A stretch of 63,909 nucleotides of DNA from Lysobacteraceae bacterium. GTDB lineage: Bacteria; Pseudomonadota; Gammaproteobacteria; Xanthomonadales; Xanthomonadaceae. Made by a program: the position numbers and the translations under genes. Positions 61,902 to 63,909 of the stretch are shown piece after piece. The notes under the pieces were generated by a model that was given only the letters and a program-made list of their open reading frames with translations, was not told the origin of the DNA and did no database searches. The DNA is taken from positions 1-63,909 of the forward strand of contig JANOJQ010000114.1 in NCBI GenBank assembly GCA_031418815.1, read 5' to 3'. Every line of letters starts with the position of its first letter. The first letter of the stretch is position 1.

Positions 61902-63233
61902 ATGACCCCACGCGACACCATTGCCGCGATCGCCACCGCCGCCGGCGCGGCGGGCGTGGGCATCGTGCGCCTGAGCGGGCCGGGCTGCCGGGCCATTGCC
62001 GGCACCTTCCTGGGCCGTCCGCCCGAGCCGCGCCACGCGCATTACCTTCGGTTCCGCGACGCCGACCGTTCGCTGATCGACGACGGCCTGCTGATCTTCT
62101 TCCCGGGCCCGCAGTCCTACACGGGCGAGGATGTGCTGGAACTGCAGGGCCACGGCAGTCCGGTGCTGCTGGCCCAGCTGCTGCGCCGCTGCCTGGCCCT
62201 GGGCGCGCGGCCGGCGCGGCCCGGAGAATTCACCGAGCGCGCATTCCTGGAGGGCCGCCTGGATCTGGCGCAGGCCGAGGCTGTCGCCGACCTGATCGCC
62301 GCCGGCAGCGAAGCGGCGGCGCGCGCGGCAAGGCGGTCGCTCGAGGGTGAGTTTTCCCGCCGCGTGGACGCCACGCTCGAAGGCCTCACCGCGCTGCGCG
62401 TCTGGATCGAGGCGGCGCTGGATTTCCCCGACGAGGAGATCGACTTCCTGGCCGCGCCCGAACTCGGCCAGCGCCTGCAGGCCGTTGCCAACGACCTGGC
62501 CAAGCTGCGCGCCGACGCCGAGCGCGGCAAGCGGCTGGTGGACGGCCTGCACGTGGTGATCGCGGGCGCGCCCAACGTCGGCAAGTCGTCGCTGTTGAAC
62601 GCGCTCGCCGGCGAAGACCGCGCCATCGTCACCGAGGTTGCCGGCACCACCCGCGACCTGCTGCGCGAAGACATCAGGCTCGACGGCGTCGCGCTGACGC
62701 TGGTGGACACCGCCGGCCTGCGCGACACCCAGGAGCCGGTGGAGCGCGAAGGCATCCGCCGCGCCCACGGCGAGCTGGCCAAGGCCGACCTCGTGCTCGC
62801 CGTGCTCGACGACAGCCGGCCCGTGCTGCCGCTGCCGGCGATCGACGTCGCCGCGCCGGTGCTGTGGGTGCACAACAAGGCCGACCTCAGCGGCCAGCCG
62901 CCCCATGCGCAGGACCGGCCCGACGGCCGGCACCTGTGGCTGTCGGTGCAGACCGGCGAAGGCCTGGGCGCGCTGCGGGAGGCGCTGCGCAAGGCCGCCG
63001 GCATGGGCGAGGGTGGCGAGGGTGGCTTCAGCGCCCGCGCCCGCCACCTTGACGCCCTGGCGCGCACGGCCGCGGCGCTGGAGCGGGCCGCGGCCCAGCT
63101 TCACCGCGGCGCCGGCGAACTTGCCGCCGAAGAGCTGCGCCAGGCCCAGGACGCCCTGGGCGAAATCACCGGCCGGGTGGACGCCGACGCGCTGCTGGGC
63201 CGCATCTTCGGCGACTTCTGCATCGGCAAGTAG
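61902..63233 (+). CDS. mnmE: tRNA modification GTPase MnmE
   Basis: DTIAAIAT, SYTGED, GAPNVGKSSL, GTTRD, DTAG, NKAD, terminal FCIGK. Confidence 0.98.
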   Translation: MTPRDTIAAIATAAGAAGVGIVRLSGPGCRAIAGTFLGRPPEPRHAHYLRFRDADRSLIDDGLLIFFPGPQSYTGEDVLELQGHGSPVLLAQLLRRCLALGARPARPGEFTERAFLEGRLDLAQAEAVADLIAAGSEAAARAARRSLEGEFSRRVDATLEGLTALRVWIEAALDFPDEEIDFLAAPELGQRLQAVANDLAKLRADAERGKRLVDGLHVVIAGAPNVGKSSLLNALAGEDRAIVTEVAGTTRDLLREDIRLDGVALTLVDTAGLRDTQEPVEREGIRRAHGELAKADLVLAVLDDSRPVLPLPAIDVAAPVLWVHNKADLSGQPPHAQDRPDGRHLWLSVQTGEGLGALREALRKAAGMGEGGEGGFSARARHLDALARTAAALERAAAQLHRGAGELAAEELRQAQDALGEITGRVDADALLGRIFGDFCIGK

Positions 63234-63239
63234 CCGGCG

Positions 63240-63909
63240 TCAGGGCGGCGTGGTTTCCCGGAAACGCCAGAACGGACCGCTGGGCTTGCGGTCGCGCACC
63301 AGGCCGTCGCGGCGACCCGCCGGCAGGCTGTGCCGCAGCAGGTTCAGGATGTCGCGGAACACCGGTTTGGATTCGACGAAGTAGGAGTGGGCAAGGATGC
63401 TTTCGTCCACGCCCGAGGCGTCGATGGTTTCCAGGCCGCGCATCAGCACCAGGCCAGCGCCGCTTTCACCGGCGCGCGGATAGCCATGCACTTCCTTGGA
63501 CGCCTTCAGCGCCAGGTCGTTGGACGAGGCATACAGCGTGACGCGCTGGCCGGCCTGGCGCAGCGCCGGGGCCAGGTCGCGGCGGAACACTTCGGCGTCC
63601 ACGTCCGGCGCGGCCAGGATGATTTCCCGGAAGCGGCCGCGCAGGTCCGGCCGCTCCAGCATCAGCACCTGCAGGGCGCGCGCCATGCCGCGGTTGCCCA
63701 TGCTGTGCGCGATCAGGTACAGGTTCTTCGCGTCCGACTTCTCGGCGAAATCCACCAGGAACTGCTTGATGTGGGCGGTGGACCACTCGATGTTGGACTC
63801 GTCGATGGTGTAGCCGGGCAGGGACGCCTGCGAGGGCCAGCTGTAGAACACCGCCGCGCCGTCGAACGACAGGTCGTAGGACATCTGGGCGGTGCGCCGC
63901 GCCGCGTCG
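63240..63909 (-). CDS. alpha/beta hydrolase (DUF900-type), 5' end outside window
   Basis: FYSWPS, nucleophile elbow IAHSMGNR, AAPDVD, YASSNDLAL, HSYF. Confidence 0.9.
   Translation of the reverse strand, partial: DAARRTAQMSYDLSFDGAAVFYSWPSQASLPGYTIDESNIEWSTAHIKQFLVDFAEKSDAKNLYLIAHSMGNRGMARALQVLMLERPDLRGRFREIILAAPDVDAEVFRRDLAPALRQAGQRVTLYASSNDLALKASKEVHGYPRAGESGAGLVLMRGLETIDASGVDESILAHSYFVESKPVFRDILNLLRHSLPAGRRDGLVRDRKPSGPFWRFRETTPP

Overview
GC-rich window spanning the chromosomal replication origin of a Xanthomonadales/Lysobacterales-type gammaproteobacterium. An Arenimonas-like organism is my inference from gene order and content. The right third is the conserved origin block: mnmE-yidC-rnpA-rpmH / dnaA-oriC-dnaN-recF (two parS palindromes inside recF)-gyrB-CPBP protease, then an inactive-transglutaminase/7TM + ATP-grasp pair, TPR-tonB-exbB-exbD-exbD, an orphan secreted gene, a third exbD and pdxJ. 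The middle is housekeeping and signalling: cls, two Crp/Fnr regulators, fbp, phhA/Lrp, a DesKR-like two-component system, two GGDEF and one EAL protein, a yybP-ykoY riboswitch + TerC, rlmI-like, folE and an ABC transporter. The left end holds a truncated IS30 element (missed by the ORF track), four orphan genes, a fused indolepyruvate oxidoreductase, a stand-alone alpha-2-macroglobulin with a TonB-box-like segment in its bait-like region, and a BlaI + M56 protease pair with visible operators and a 'SDFE' repeat domain. There is no CRISPR array, rRNA or tRNA. I found no system that is provably new. The best leads are the A2M with the TonB-box-like motif, the transglutaminase/ATP-grasp module lacking its usual protease, the BlaI/M56 repeat sensor, the orphan cluster beside IS30, and a -1 frame-split gene at 33.4-33.75 kb. 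All family calls come from motif recognition by eye; no database searches were run.
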